A stretch of 47,055 bases of DNA from a virus (IMGVR_UViG_3300025000_000164:1-47055); one strand, 5' to 3'; counted from the first letter of the stretch, positions 1 through 8,827 are shown. Notes: a model not told the origin generated them from the letters alone. Program-made: numbers and translations.

Positions 1-148
1 CGACCAGAATCCTGGTGCGAAGAATGCTGTAATGGAACTTGGAGAATTCATTGGCGCGGATAACCTGTCTGCTATTACAAGATACGCTGCTACATTCCCT
101 GGACGTAAGGCCCCGGCTTCTATACTGGGTGCTCAGGCTGAGAATTCT
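1..148. repeat. Terminal direct repeat (circular assembly overlap), left copy
   Basis: 1-148 aligns to 46908-47055. Positions 23-148 are identical; 5 mismatches fall at 13, 16, 19, 21 and 22. Confidence 0.95.
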
Positions 149-3094
149 GCGCTTCTCTCGAAAGTAAACAGGGCTCTTACATCCTACGGAGAAAGGAAGG
201 CTGCTGTAAGACAGGCGCGGGGAGATAGATATGCTAAAGCAACTTGGAGACAGCAATTTAGTGGACTGGATAAAGCAGGAAAAGACGAGGTTATGGACTT
301 GGCTGCTGCGGAGAATATCCCGCCCGAGATTGGTACTGCTATTGCTTCTATAAAGAGTGAGGCTAGGATTGTAAGAAGTGATCCGAAAAGAGAGGCTGCT
401 AGAAATGCTGCTATTCTACGAAGTCAGGAGGTTAGTGGTTCACTGGCTAAGAGAATGGCGGCTGCGGTGCAAGCCAAGGCAGACAAAGTAGTAGAAGGGT
501 TCTCCGAGTCTGAGATTGGTACTTTACTTTCTGGTGGGGCAGAATCTACTCTTTCCAAAAGGACTGCTAAGCTAGTAGAGCCTAAAGCAGGTGATAAGAT
601 TTCACAGGCATACCTCCGGAAACTGACTATCCAGAGAAACGAAAGAAATGCTATTAAGAGAATGACCCTTGAAGACCCCGCCGATCTTAATCCTGTAGAA
701 GAGTTTCTAGGAGATAGACTCAATGATTCGCAGGTATCATCTCTACTTAAGAAGGGCCTCCTTACAATCCCTATTATGTCTCTTGGGCTGCTTGGTGGAG
801 CTGAGGATTCCGAGGCATCTGTTGCAGGTACTGTGTCTGTGTTGGGAGCGGAGGCAGTTAAGAAAGCAACAGGGAAGACTGGAGCAGAGCTTATCTCACA
901 GCTTCTGAAGACTGACTTTGTTGCTGTGAAGGGAAATGTTTTAGGTAAAGTATCTAAGTGGATGGATGCCCCCGCTATGGCTCCAGCTGTAGATGCTATC
1001 AAGAGTATGAAGACTATCATGCCAGAAGTGTTCCGGAGTAAGGTAATGACTCCCGGCGCTGTGGCAGATATCTTCTACAAAGCAGATAAGAATCCTATGG
1101 TGGAACTTGCTGCCAGGATGACAGCGGTGCATAATAATTCTAAGATGCACGTGCAGGCTGTGAAGGAGATCTTGAGTACTGTTCCATCTTACAAGAATGC
1201 CTCCAGAGAAATAAGAAAAGAAACGAAGCATTTGACTGAGAAGTACGATGTACCTCTGGCACAGGCAGGGTATCATACTGGAATGCAGAAGGAGCTGTGG
1301 AAAAGGATTCGGCTTGCTAAAGATCCTGTTGTGATAGCTGATCTGAAGAAACAGCTTGTTGAGAATAAAGAGGCTCTTGAGAAAGCGAATCAGGCTCTGG
1401 TTCCGTATGAGCAGGATTGGACCAAGACCATGCAGGAAGTTTCTGCGAAACACTCTAGTGCTAGGATGAGTCTGGCTCTTGAGGATACAGCAGACTTTAA
1501 GCATTATCCTTGGCTTAAATCCTTAATGTCTCCTGACGAGTTGTCTGCTGTTTCAATGCTTAAGGATCTGAATAAGCAAACCGAGGCTAGGATTCTTGAA
1601 GCAGGTGGTAAGGTTATAAAAGAAAGACCCTTCGCGCATCACGCAGTACATCCCGACTCAAATAGGAGAGCGATACAGAATTCATTTGCTGGTATATCTA
1701 ATAACACGAATGATGCACTGAATTTATCCAGACTTAACTCTAGGGCCATTGGTTCCAGAATGGCAATGCCTGACATTGAGTACATGTTTGAGAAATATGT
1801 TCCTGATGTAGAGCGCAGGATTCAAACAATGCAATTCTGGAAGAAGGGTCAAGTCGGAGGCTGGGCGCAGCATAAGAAGGATCTTAGAGCTAATAACATG
1901 ATGACTCCGGAGCTGGATAAGTTCTGGAAGGATGTAAATAAATCACTGGGATCTCAGCCGGGGACTGATGCAGCACAATGGGCGAAGAGGTATTATTCTC
2001 TCGAGGTTGCATGGAGACTCTTTATGAGTCCGTCTGTTGGTTTCAAACATATTATGAAACAGACAGGTAATATGGCAATCTTCCCACTAGATGTATGGGC
2101 TAAAGGAATTGCTAAAACTCCCCGGATTCTAGCAGAAACAGGAATGATGAATCTGAAGGAAAGGTTCCCGAGTACGTTTAAGAACTTCAACTTTACTCCT
2201 TCTGAGAATACGCAGCTTGTAACTGCTATGCGTAATCAGGGGAAGTATAACTCTGCTATAGCAGAACTTGATATGTTTGATGCTCCTATCAATGCTTTTG
2301 ATAAGGTGATGGACAAGATTAATACGTTTGGTTCTGCTATTGTTGGAACAGTAGAGATGTTCGATAGAGCTGCTACTCTGATGATGGGTGCTGAGATGGC
2401 GGCGAAGAAAGGAATGACCCCGAGTCAAGCAGTACATGCAATGTATGATTCTGTTATTCGTGCGAACTTTCTTTCTGGTGTGCATAATCCTAGCTGGGTA
2501 AGAGATCCTCATGCCAGGGCTTTCTTTATGTTTCAGGGGACGCCGTATAAGCTCCTGGAACAACGTCTTATTACTATGACTAAAGCAGGGAAGGATATTG
2601 GGAAGGCTGCTGGAATAACCTGGGATGAGATTAAGAATCTGAAAGGATACCTTAAGGAGGGAGAGTATAAGATTAAACACGGTCTGATAATGGATGCACT
2701 GACACAGACTAAGGATATCTATGGGCAGTCTGTTACAAAACAATTTGCTGTTAACATGCTAACAATGGGTGGAATTATCTGGGCTGGAGATAAGTTCTTT
2801 GATGCTGATATCCAAGACCAGGTGTTCCATATTCCCTTTGTGAAAATAGGCGGGGAGTCTCCCGGTGTTATGTTGAATCCTGTACTTAGTGCGGGGTATA
2901 AGGCCTGGACTAAAAGGCATGAAGAAGATAGGGATATGTTGTTTACAGAGTTTGTGAATAACTGGGCCGGGACCGGGGGTTTGGTTCCTAGTTCCATAAC
3001 TAAAGCAATGCGTTTGTCTGAAGATGATATTCCAGAAATATATAAGGAAAGTAAACTTCGGTATTTGTTTGGGGTGCAGGCCTCGAAAGAGTAA
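2..3094 (+). CDS. Large internal virion / DNA ejection protein, C-terminal part
   Basis: The frame is open from base 2, so the ATG at 32 is internal. Helical Ala/Lys-rich composition with hydrophobic segments. Function inferred from size and synteny. Confidence 0.75.
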   Translation, partial: DQNPGAKNAVMELGEFIGADNLSAITRYAATFPGRKAPASILGAQAENSALLSKVNRALTSYGERKAAVRQARGDRYAKATWRQQFSGLDKAGKDEVMDLAAAENIPPEIGTAIASIKSEARIVRSDPKREAARNAAILRSQEVSGSLAKRMAAAVQAKADKVVEGFSESEIGTLLSGGAESTLSKRTAKLVEPKAGDKISQAYLRKLTIQRNERNAIKRMTLEDPADLNPVEEFLGDRLNDSQVSSLLKKGLLTIPIMSLGLLGGAEDSEASVAGTVSVLGAEAVKKATGKTGAELISQLLKTDFVAVKGNVLGKVSKWMDAPAMAPAVDAIKSMKTIMPEVFRSKVMTPGAVADIFYKADKNPMVELAARMTAVHNNSKMHVQAVKEILSTVPSYKNASREIRKETKHLTEKYDVPLAQAGYHTGMQKELWKRIRLAKDPVVIADLKKQLVENKEALEKANQALVPYEQDWTKTMQEVSAKHSSARMSLALEDTADFKHYPWLKSLMSPDELSAVSMLKDLNKQTEARILEAGGKVIKERPFAHHAVHPDSNRRAIQNSFAGISNNTNDALNLSRLNSRAIGSRMAMPDIEYMFEKYVPDVERRIQTMQFWKKGQVGGWAQHKKDLRANNMMTPELDKFWKDVNKSLGSQPGTDAAQWAKRYYSLEVAWRLFMSPSVGFKHIMKQTGNMAIFPLDVWAKGIAKTPRILAETGMMNLKERFPSTFKNFNFTPSENTQLVTAMRNQGKYNSAIAELDMFDAPINAFDKVMDKINTFGSAIVGTVEMFDRAATLMMGAEMAAKKGMTPSQAVHAMYDSVIRANFLSGVHNPSWVRDPHARAFFMFQGTPYKLLEQRLITMTKAGKDIGKAAGITWDEIKNLKGYLKEGEYKIKHGLIMDALTQTKDIYGQSVTKQFAVNMLTMGGIIWAGDKFFDADIQDQVFHIPFVKIGGESPGVMLNPVLSAGYKAWTKRHEEDRDMLFTEFVNNWAGTGGLVPSSITKAMRLSEDDIPEIYKESKLRYLFGVQASKE

Positions 3095-3102
3095 CTGGCA
3101 AT

Positions 3103-3115
3103 CTGAATAATTCAC
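3103..3115. promoter_or_regulatory. Dispersed palindromic site, copy 1 (CTGAATAATTCAC)
   Basis: One mismatch to GTGAATWATTCAC, followed by GTTA like the other copies; intergenic. Confidence 0.6.
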
Positions 3116-3138
3116 GTTAATTACTGTGAGGTACTAAG

Positions 3139-3402
3139 ATGAGTGGTGTGCGAGGAAAGTTGATTAAGGATGCAGGGAATGTTTCTATACAGGTGTTTTC
3201 TCCATATAAAATTATAGCTGCGGAAGCCGGAGTAGCTGTTACATTTGCTGATGCTGATATTGCATTCAGAGTTCCTGATATAAATACTCTTACGATCTCT
3301 GGTTCTACTCCTACTACTACTTTAGTGGCTGGGAGTATTACTGGAATTATTAATGGACTAACTTATACTTTCACTACTGCGACTTCTGTTGAGGTAATGT
3401 AA
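3139..3402 (+). CDS. Small hypothetical virion-associated protein
   Basis: GAGGT RBS; TAATG coupling to the next gene; beta-rich. Confidence 0.75.
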   Translation: MSGVRGKLIKDAGNVSIQVFSPYKIIAAEAGVAVTFADADIAFRVPDINTLTISGSTPTTTLVAGSITGIINGLTYTFTTATSVEVM

Positions 3403-5153
3403 TGCAGCTAATGAATTTTGGACTTGGAATAGGGTCTAATGGGGGTAATACTCCCTGGATAACCGACATCCACAACGGCATCCTCAACCCAGCCTTCACC
3501 TACACCGGCGGCCAGGCCATAGTCCCCGACGCGAACGGTATCCTCCGTCGCACACCAGCGGGGTACCCTGCCGTGGAAGGTGGGCGGTGGGCTGCTACGG
3601 TGGCTGAAGGTGCGCTGCTGGTTGGATTAGAACTGGTTGCCAATGGGACGTTTGAAAGTGGTGTGACTGGCTGGACCCCAACAGGCTGCACTCTGGCATC
3701 AGTTGCTGGTGGAGAATCGGGCAATTGCCTACAGCTAACACGTGTATCTGGAGCTATACAGACGGCTGCATGTGTGATCAATACTGTTATAGGGAAAACA
3801 TACGAGGTTGATGTATTTGCTAAGGCTGGCAGTTCTGGAAATGAGCCATTCTATCTCCAAGTAACAGCTGCCGGATTAAATGTTACAATTCATCCATCAG
3901 CTACCGCCGCTTGGGTGATGCATACTCTTACATTTGTAGCGACGAATACAACCGCTACGATAACGATATACAAAGATTCAGGTACTGCTGGGACAATGCT
4001 GTTTGATACAGTATCAAGCAATGAGATAATCAAACAATGGCATCCACCAACGCTCGGCACAATCCGTAGTATTTCTACACGCAAAGGTATCCGCCAGATT
4101 CAGATTTCGGATGATTTCCTGGGTATGAAAAACGAGCCTGTGATGGTCAACAAGGTCACGGCGAAGAAGAGCAATCCGACTGACACAGCAGGAGTAACAG
4201 GTGCAGGCGGGGCAGTGCCTACCAGAGTAGATGACATGGTTGCTCTGACGGCTGCGGGTAGACATGATATCTGCAACACGGGATTTGTCTATAATCTCAG
4301 CATTCCACAGAATGGTGCGATCAGCATGGCTGGGGCAGTAGCCAACTTGAACAAGCACTCCGTCTCTTTGGATATGCGCCTCGTCTCAGGCACAGGGGTA
4401 CAGCTTGGGCTGACCGGGCAGACCTCGGATGTGACGCTGACGGCTGCATACAGTAGGCAGAAGAAGGAGAGCCTTACTCCGCTGAATGCTGCGGATGTTA
4501 TCACGATCACGAACCTGAACGCAGATACAGCGGTTGTCAGGTGCATCTTACCCGGACTGGAAGAGAATGTTTTTTGTACGAGCAGGATAGCACCGACCGC
4601 AGACACGGCGGCCAGCCAACTCCGCGCAGCATCCGTGAACAGCGCTCCTACCGATAAGGTTTTCCCGTCCACCGGCCAGGATTTTGCCATATTCATTGAG
4701 CAAGTGGCGACAAGTGCAGGGCAGACGGCAACCTTGTTTTCAACGCGAGTTGACGCGGACAACCTATTCAGCATCTCCACGACTGCAACGGCAATTGGTG
4801 CAAATCTAAGGAAGATAGCAACCGACAACGCGTCCAGCGCATCCTATACTCACGCTGCGGATGAGAAATTCCAGGCCATTGTTATCAAATCAGCGATGGG
4901 CATTTCGGTCAAGGCTAGGGCTTATTCAGGCGGGATCTGGGGCGCATGGTCGGCGTGGGGAGACAACGAAACGGCAGGAGCGAAAGCAGCCTCTCCAATT
5001 GGTGCTACCTATCAGATTGGCGCATTGAACAGCCTCAATCAATTCTGTGGGAATTACCCCGAGACTGTGGTTGTCGTCATGCCTCCAAAATCCACACTCG
5101 CTGAATACAAGACATGGGTTGAAGTTGAACTTGAACGCAGGGGGTTACTTTGA
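3402..5153 (+). CDS. Receptor-binding / tail fibre protein with a carbohydrate-binding (CBM4/9-like) module and a ConA/LamG-like C-terminal region
   Basis: ELVANGTFESGVTGW...MLFDTVS is a CBM-like signature; Thr/Ala/Gly-rich beta protein located after the virion genes. Confidence 0.65.
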   Translation: MQLMNFGLGIGSNGGNTPWITDIHNGILNPAFTYTGGQAIVPDANGILRRTPAGYPAVEGGRWAATVAEGALLVGLELVANGTFESGVTGWTPTGCTLASVAGGESGNCLQLTRVSGAIQTAACVINTVIGKTYEVDVFAKAGSSGNEPFYLQVTAAGLNVTIHPSATAAWVMHTLTFVATNTTATITIYKDSGTAGTMLFDTVSSNEIIKQWHPPTLGTIRSISTRKGIRQIQISDDFLGMKNEPVMVNKVTAKKSNPTDTAGVTGAGGAVPTRVDDMVALTAAGRHDICNTGFVYNLSIPQNGAISMAGAVANLNKHSVSLDMRLVSGTGVQLGLTGQTSDVTLTAAYSRQKKESLTPLNAADVITITNLNADTAVVRCILPGLEENVFCTSRIAPTADTAASQLRAASVNSAPTDKVFPSTGQDFAIFIEQVATSAGQTATLFSTRVDADNLFSISTTATAIGANLRKIATDNASSASYTHAADEKFQAIVIKSAMGISVKARAYSGGIWGAWSAWGDNETAGAKAASPIGATYQIGALNSLNQFCGNYPETVVVVMPPKSTLAEYKTWVEVELERRGLL

Positions 5154-5154
5154 C
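5139..5154 (+). promoter_or_regulatory. RF2/prfB-type +1 programmed ribosomal frameshift signal
   Basis: In-frame AGG GGG TTA CTT TGA C: internal SD, 3-nt spacer, CUU, UGA and C. The +1 frame stays open for 254 codons. Confidence 0.7.
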
Positions 5155-5916
5155 GTAGAGGATTCGATTTTACGAGTTGGGTTTGTCACTGATCTTCATT
5201 ATGGAGGGTATAATTTTGTTGATCTCACATCACCAGAACGAGCCACACTTGCTGTTGAAAAACTGTCGGGAAGAAATCTTGATTGCGTGGTCTATGTGGG
5301 CGATAACGTAAGCGATAATTCATCTCTGCTGCCAGCGATGAAAGAGATAAGTGATGCTCACAATTGCCCTGTTAGATATGTGCATGGTGGGCACGATATT
5401 TGCGATAACGCTACATGGAATACCTTATTCGGATATGACAAAAACTATAGTTTTGTATTGGGGAGTTATGCTTTTGTGGTGCTTGATAACTGGACCGATA
5501 CCAGCGGAGGTTTTACGTACTGGGAGGAATCCCCTGTATCTGATGTATGGCTAACTACAGAACTGGATAAATATTCCGGTAGTGATGGAATATTTATCGT
5601 TACGCATTATATAAGTGAGGCTATATCTGGTTCCAATTTAGATATAATTGTAGCAAATCCAAAAATATTAGCGGTACTGTACGGGCATGGGCACAATTTC
5701 ATCAACACTGCAATTGTAGGCAAACCGTTTATCCAATGTGGTCATTGGAGTGTATGCCCTGGTGGTATTTGGGACAATGCTATTCCGTATAATTTTGGGT
5801 TACTAGAGATAAATATTAATGGTACGGATATTAATATAAAACAAGTTGTTCCAGCGTATGAGTATCCAGGGTTTAGCCAACCTGAAGAGGTTAGGCAAAC
5901 ATTTGTGATCCGATAA
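5152..5916 (+). CDS. Calcineurin-like metallophosphoesterase (probably the C-terminal domain of a frameshift fusion with 3402..5153)
   Basis: Motifs TDLH, VGDN, GGHD (variant of GNHD), THY and GHGH. No ATG/GTG with an RBS lies just upstream of the domain. Confidence 0.85.
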   Translation, partial: DVEDSILRVGFVTDLHYGGYNFVDLTSPERATLAVEKLSGRNLDCVVYVGDNVSDNSSLLPAMKEISDAHNCPVRYVHGGHDICDNATWNTLFGYDKNYSFVLGSYAFVVLDNWTDTSGGFTYWEESPVSDVWLTTELDKYSGSDGIFIVTHYISEAISGSNLDIIVANPKILAVLYGHGHNFINTAIVGKPFIQCGHWSVCPGGIWDNAIPYNFGLLEININGTDINIKQVVPAYEYPGFSQPEEVRQTFVIR

Positions 5917-5917
5917 C

Positions 5918-5977
5918 ATACTGGCAGAGTATCAGGCGTGGATTGAACAAGAGTTAACACTGAGGGGGCTGATATGA
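5918..5977 (+). repeat. Diverged duplicate of the last 20 codons of the receptor-binding gene (5094-5153)
   Basis: ILAEYQAWIEQELTLRGLI* versus TLAEYKTWVEVELERRGLL*; 11/19 amino acids identical. Confidence 0.85.
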
Positions 5978-6375
5978 GTTACATTGACAACATGCGGACT
6001 GTGATCCTCCGAGTGAAGACAACCCGCGAAGCTCTCAAGACCTCTGAAGTGGATGCGAGAAAGACCGTCTATTTTGGTACTGTCCTCCGCAGGGATGCAG
6101 TACGTGATGAGGATATGTTTCAGCACAACTGCACCCGCATTCAGGAGGGCTATATCCGTGTGCCATTCACAAGGGAGTATCTCAAGACCTTGACGGACCG
6201 ACTGACTGCCAGAGTCTCGGAGAACTTTGAGGTGGTGCGGGTGGAGAATGATGGGCAGACCGAGTTTGTCCTGCCGAGCGGAGAATTGCTTGGCTATATT
6301 GTCGGATACCCTGTAAGTGACGCACCAGAGACTAGAGTTGTAGATGAGAAAACTACGGAGGTAATATCGAGATGA
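5974..6375 (+). CDS. Hypothetical protein (possible tail fibre accessory/chaperone)
   Basis: GAGGGGG RBS; ATGA overlap with the next gene. Confidence 0.75.
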   Translation: MSYIDNMRTVILRVKTTREALKTSEVDARKTVYFGTVLRRDAVRDEDMFQHNCTRIQEGYIRVPFTREYLKTLTDRLTARVSENFEVVRVENDGQTEFVLPSGELLGYIVGYPVSDAPETRVVDEKTTEVISR

Positions 6376-6758
6376 AAACTCTTGTAACAAAAGGATGGCT
6401 ATGGATTCTGGCCGCACTGCTCACGATATTTTTTTGGGCGGATATCTCTAGCGCTGGCACTATCACGCGGCAAATGTCTTTCACCTGGACATACACTGTA
6501 GCCGAGGAAGCGGATATCACGGGCTTCAAAATCTACCAGTATGCTCTCCCGCTTACGCCTTCGGCAGCAACTGTGGTAATTGACAATATTCCAAAGACGA
6601 CACGATTCGCCACAGCCACACTGTCCTACGACTCAGCAAAATCACAACGCCTCTTCATTCGAGCTGTTGATGAATCAGACCCTGCCAACCCTGAATACTC
6701 CGGCGATAGCAACATCATCAAACTGATCGCTGCGCCTAGCGGATTCAAACGTAATTAA
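6372..6758 (+). CDS. Exported fibronectin type III-like protein
   Basis: N-terminal signal peptide; FTW...ITGFKIYQ...FIRAVD...SGDSN is an Fn3-like pattern. Confidence 0.65.
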   Translation: MKTLVTKGWLWILAALLTIFFWADISSAGTITRQMSFTWTYTVAEEADITGFKIYQYALPLTPSAATVVIDNIPKTTRFATATLSYDSAKSQRLFIRAVDESDPANPEYSGDSNIIKLIAAPSGFKRN

Positions 6759-6776
6759 TTTAATCTTGGAGGATGT

Positions 6777-7211
6777 ATGAAATTTGCTTCTGCTTGTGTA
6801 AGTATTTTGTGTGTGGGTTTACTCTCTGGATGTTTTGGAGCAACAAAGAAAACGAATATTACTTTTGACCTGAGACCAACAGCGAGTGATCATAGCACAG
6901 TTGTAAATATTATGGTACAGAAAGCTGATGGAGCGAAGCTGGATACTGAAACAGATCAGGTAGCGAATCAGGATTTTAGTGGCTTGCTTGAAACAGTAGT
7001 AGATAAGGTTAAAGAGGGTTTGCCTGATATAGGATCTCTTATTAAAACCAAAACTACTTCCACTGTAGAAACTACAGCCCCAGTTGCCACAGTTCCTGTT
7101 ACGACAACTACAACTACTACGCCAGCAGTATCTAAGCTTCCTACAGAATCTACTGGAACATTCCCTCCGAGCCTTGACACACCTGTAGGAGATGTGAAGG
7201 AGATAGACTGA
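6777..7211 (+). CDS. Putative lipoprotein with Thr/Pro-rich tail
   Basis: GGAGG RBS; hydrophobic N-terminus with lipobox LSGC. Confidence 0.75.
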   Translation: MKFASACVSILCVGLLSGCFGATKKTNITFDLRPTASDHSTVVNIMVQKADGAKLDTETDQVANQDFSGLLETVVDKVKEGLPDIGSLIKTKTTSTVETTAPVATVPVTTTTTTTPAVSKLPTESTGTFPPSLDTPVGDVKEID

Positions 7212-7212
7212 T

Positions 7213-7992
7213 ATGTTTAGGTTACTTGTTTTCTTTCTAATTTTAGGAATCCCTTTTACTTCTTTTGGATATACTCTAGAGGAATGTAAAGTAGCTTGTG
7301 AAACATACTTTGGAGGAACAACTCCTACTGTCCCACCTATTGTGGTACCACCTGCTACAAGTAAAGTATTCCCACATGAGATAACCTTTGAAAGAGACAG
7401 CGATCAGGGGAATGGAAGCGCTGCTATTTTATTCAGGACTATACCAGAAGGAACGGTTGTTTCTGTTTCTGTGAATGGAGAAGCTGCTAGGTTGGGGAAG
7501 TCCTATAAGGGTGCTTCTGTTTTCCTGATGTCAAAGCCTGGAGACCAATATGCTAGACCACTTGCTTTTGTTATAAAGACTTCAGATGGAAATGTGTGGA
7601 CTGCTTCGAGTGGAACACAGAGTAACCCCTCTACACCCGCCGGGCCAGTTACTGGGTATAGCAAGAGCAAGGAGTTTACGAGTTACGGGGAGAGGAATGG
7701 AGGGAGAAAGGCCTGGAGGATTTCAGGGAAGGGTCCTTCATATGGTTCTCAGATTAAGTTTGTATTTTCCAGTGGGAAAGAGTTCACAGTAAAAGATACT
7801 TCAAGAAATTGTAGGGATCAGGAATCCTGTGGAAGAAATAGTAAGGCTCCTATGTATGGGTTTGTTTTTAAACCTGGTATAGGGGCTAACGGAGAAGGTG
7901 ATAATGATACTGGTACAAGTCATGGTGGGATTTACCTACATGCTCCATATGGAGATAAGAGTAACACAGTAACCCTCTGGTACAATAACTAA
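7213..7992 (+). CDS. Exported hypothetical protein, two domains with Pro-rich linkers
   Basis: Signal peptide MFRLLVFFLILGIPFTSFG; Cys pairs. Confidence 0.75.
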   Translation: MFRLLVFFLILGIPFTSFGYTLEECKVACETYFGGTTPTVPPIVVPPATSKVFPHEITFERDSDQGNGSAAILFRTIPEGTVVSVSVNGEAARLGKSYKGASVFLMSKPGDQYARPLAFVIKTSDGNVWTASSGTQSNPSTPAGPVTGYSKSKEFTSYGERNGGRKAWRISGKGPSYGSQIKFVFSSGKEFTVKDTSRNCRDQESCGRNSKAPMYGFVFKPGIGANGEGDNDTGTSHGGIYLHAPYGDKSNTVTLWYNN

Positions 7993-8084
7993 TGACAACT
8001 TGCGAAAACTGCGGGCATAAGTATTACGGCGGGCATTGTCCAGTATGTGGGACACCTAATGAAGATGATGACTGTGCGGACTGA
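7992..8084 (+). CDS. 30-aa zinc-ribbon microprotein
   Basis: TAATG coupling; MTTCENCGHKYYGGHCPVCGTPNEDDDCAD has CxxC and CPxC. Not in the ORF track. Confidence 0.55.
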   Translation: MTTCENCGHKYYGGHCPVCGTPNEDDDCAD

Positions 8085-8298
8085 GGTTAGTGAGGCTGCC
8101 TTGGAGGGGAGAGTTATTGCAGATGTTAGTTTGGAAACTATTGCTGAAGATTCTGCTGGACTGACTCATGTAAGAGATAGGTACTGTCCAGAAATGTTTT
8201 CTTGCTTTTCATTTGACTGTAATGGGAAGCAAGGGAAAGGTTGTGATAGATTTGGAATGCTTCCTGGTGGTGTAAAGTTCTGCAAGGAAAAGGAGTAG
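8047..8298 (+). CDS. Cys-rich hypothetical protein (start uncertain)
   Basis: Fits the operon packing; the real start may be an ATG at 8059-8068. Confidence 0.6.
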   Translation: MGHLMKMMTVRTEVSEAALEGRVIADVSLETIAEDSAGLTHVRDRYCPEMFSCFSFDCNGKQGKGCDRFGMLPGGVKFCKEKE

Positions 8299-8299
8299 G

Positions 8300-8827
8300 A
8301 TGAATTATATAAAGATACACTGCTGGGGAGCAACTCTTTCAGCCCCGGACTTTTTACAGTACGTATGGCCGTATGATTTAAGGCCAGAAGAGTGGCCAAC
8401 ATTCTGCGGATCGGGGGAGGGCTTAGGAGATGCAATAGTTTCTGATACTATAAGAGGCGTACGGATATCTCCAGCCTGTTTTATACATGATGTAGAATGG
8501 GCTGTTACTCCTAATACTTTTGGAGCCTTCATGGGTGCGAATGGGAGGTTGTTTCTTAATAGTGCGGAGCTTATTATGGCTTCGAATCTTGACACCTGGG
8601 ATGCTATAAGGGCACTGAATAGAGCCATGACAGCGTATCTTACAGCGGTTAGCACAATGGGAGTCTTATTTTTTTCTTGGTTCTCGAAGAGAGATGAGTT
8701 GCTAAATCCATTGTATCATCCTGTTGTGAAGTCACGGATTAAGAAGATAACAGATGCTCAGAATAAAATAGTCAGGGAAGAATCTAGTGAGGAGGTGCAT
8801 GATGACTTCGGAGGTGACCTGTGGTAG
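8300..8827 (+). CDS. Phospholipase A2-like / DUF1353-like protein
   Basis: FCGSG...PACFIHDVEW matches the CG...CxxHD pattern; AAGGAG RBS. Confidence 0.5.
   Translation: MNYIKIHCWGATLSAPDFLQYVWPYDLRPEEWPTFCGSGEGLGDAIVSDTIRGVRISPACFIHDVEWAVTPNTFGAFMGANGRLFLNSAELIMASNLDTWDAIRALNRAMTAYLTAVSTMGVLFFSWFSKRDELLNPLYHPVVKSRIKKITDAQNKIVREESSEEVHDDFGGDLW

Noticed and set aside
1-148. Terminal repeat as a physical virion DTR
   Set aside because: It lies inside a gene and its identical part is k-mer sized (126 bp), so it is best explained as assembly overlap.
424-3115. Antisense and alternate-frame ORFs inside long genes (here and genome-wide)
   Set aside because: They are shadows of well-supported genes, with no RBS or motifs, and run against the two-arm strand organisation.
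5047-5152. ORF-track start (GTG 5047) or TTG 5150 as the phosphoesterase start
   Set aside because: GTG 5047 has no RBS and overlaps the upstream gene by more than 100 bp. TTG 5150 is in another frame and reads TTG ACG TAG.
3402-5977. Diversity-generating retroelement or invertible tail-fibre cassette
   Set aside because: No reverse transcriptase or invertase. The 60-bp duplicate differs mainly at third codon positions, not specifically at adenines.
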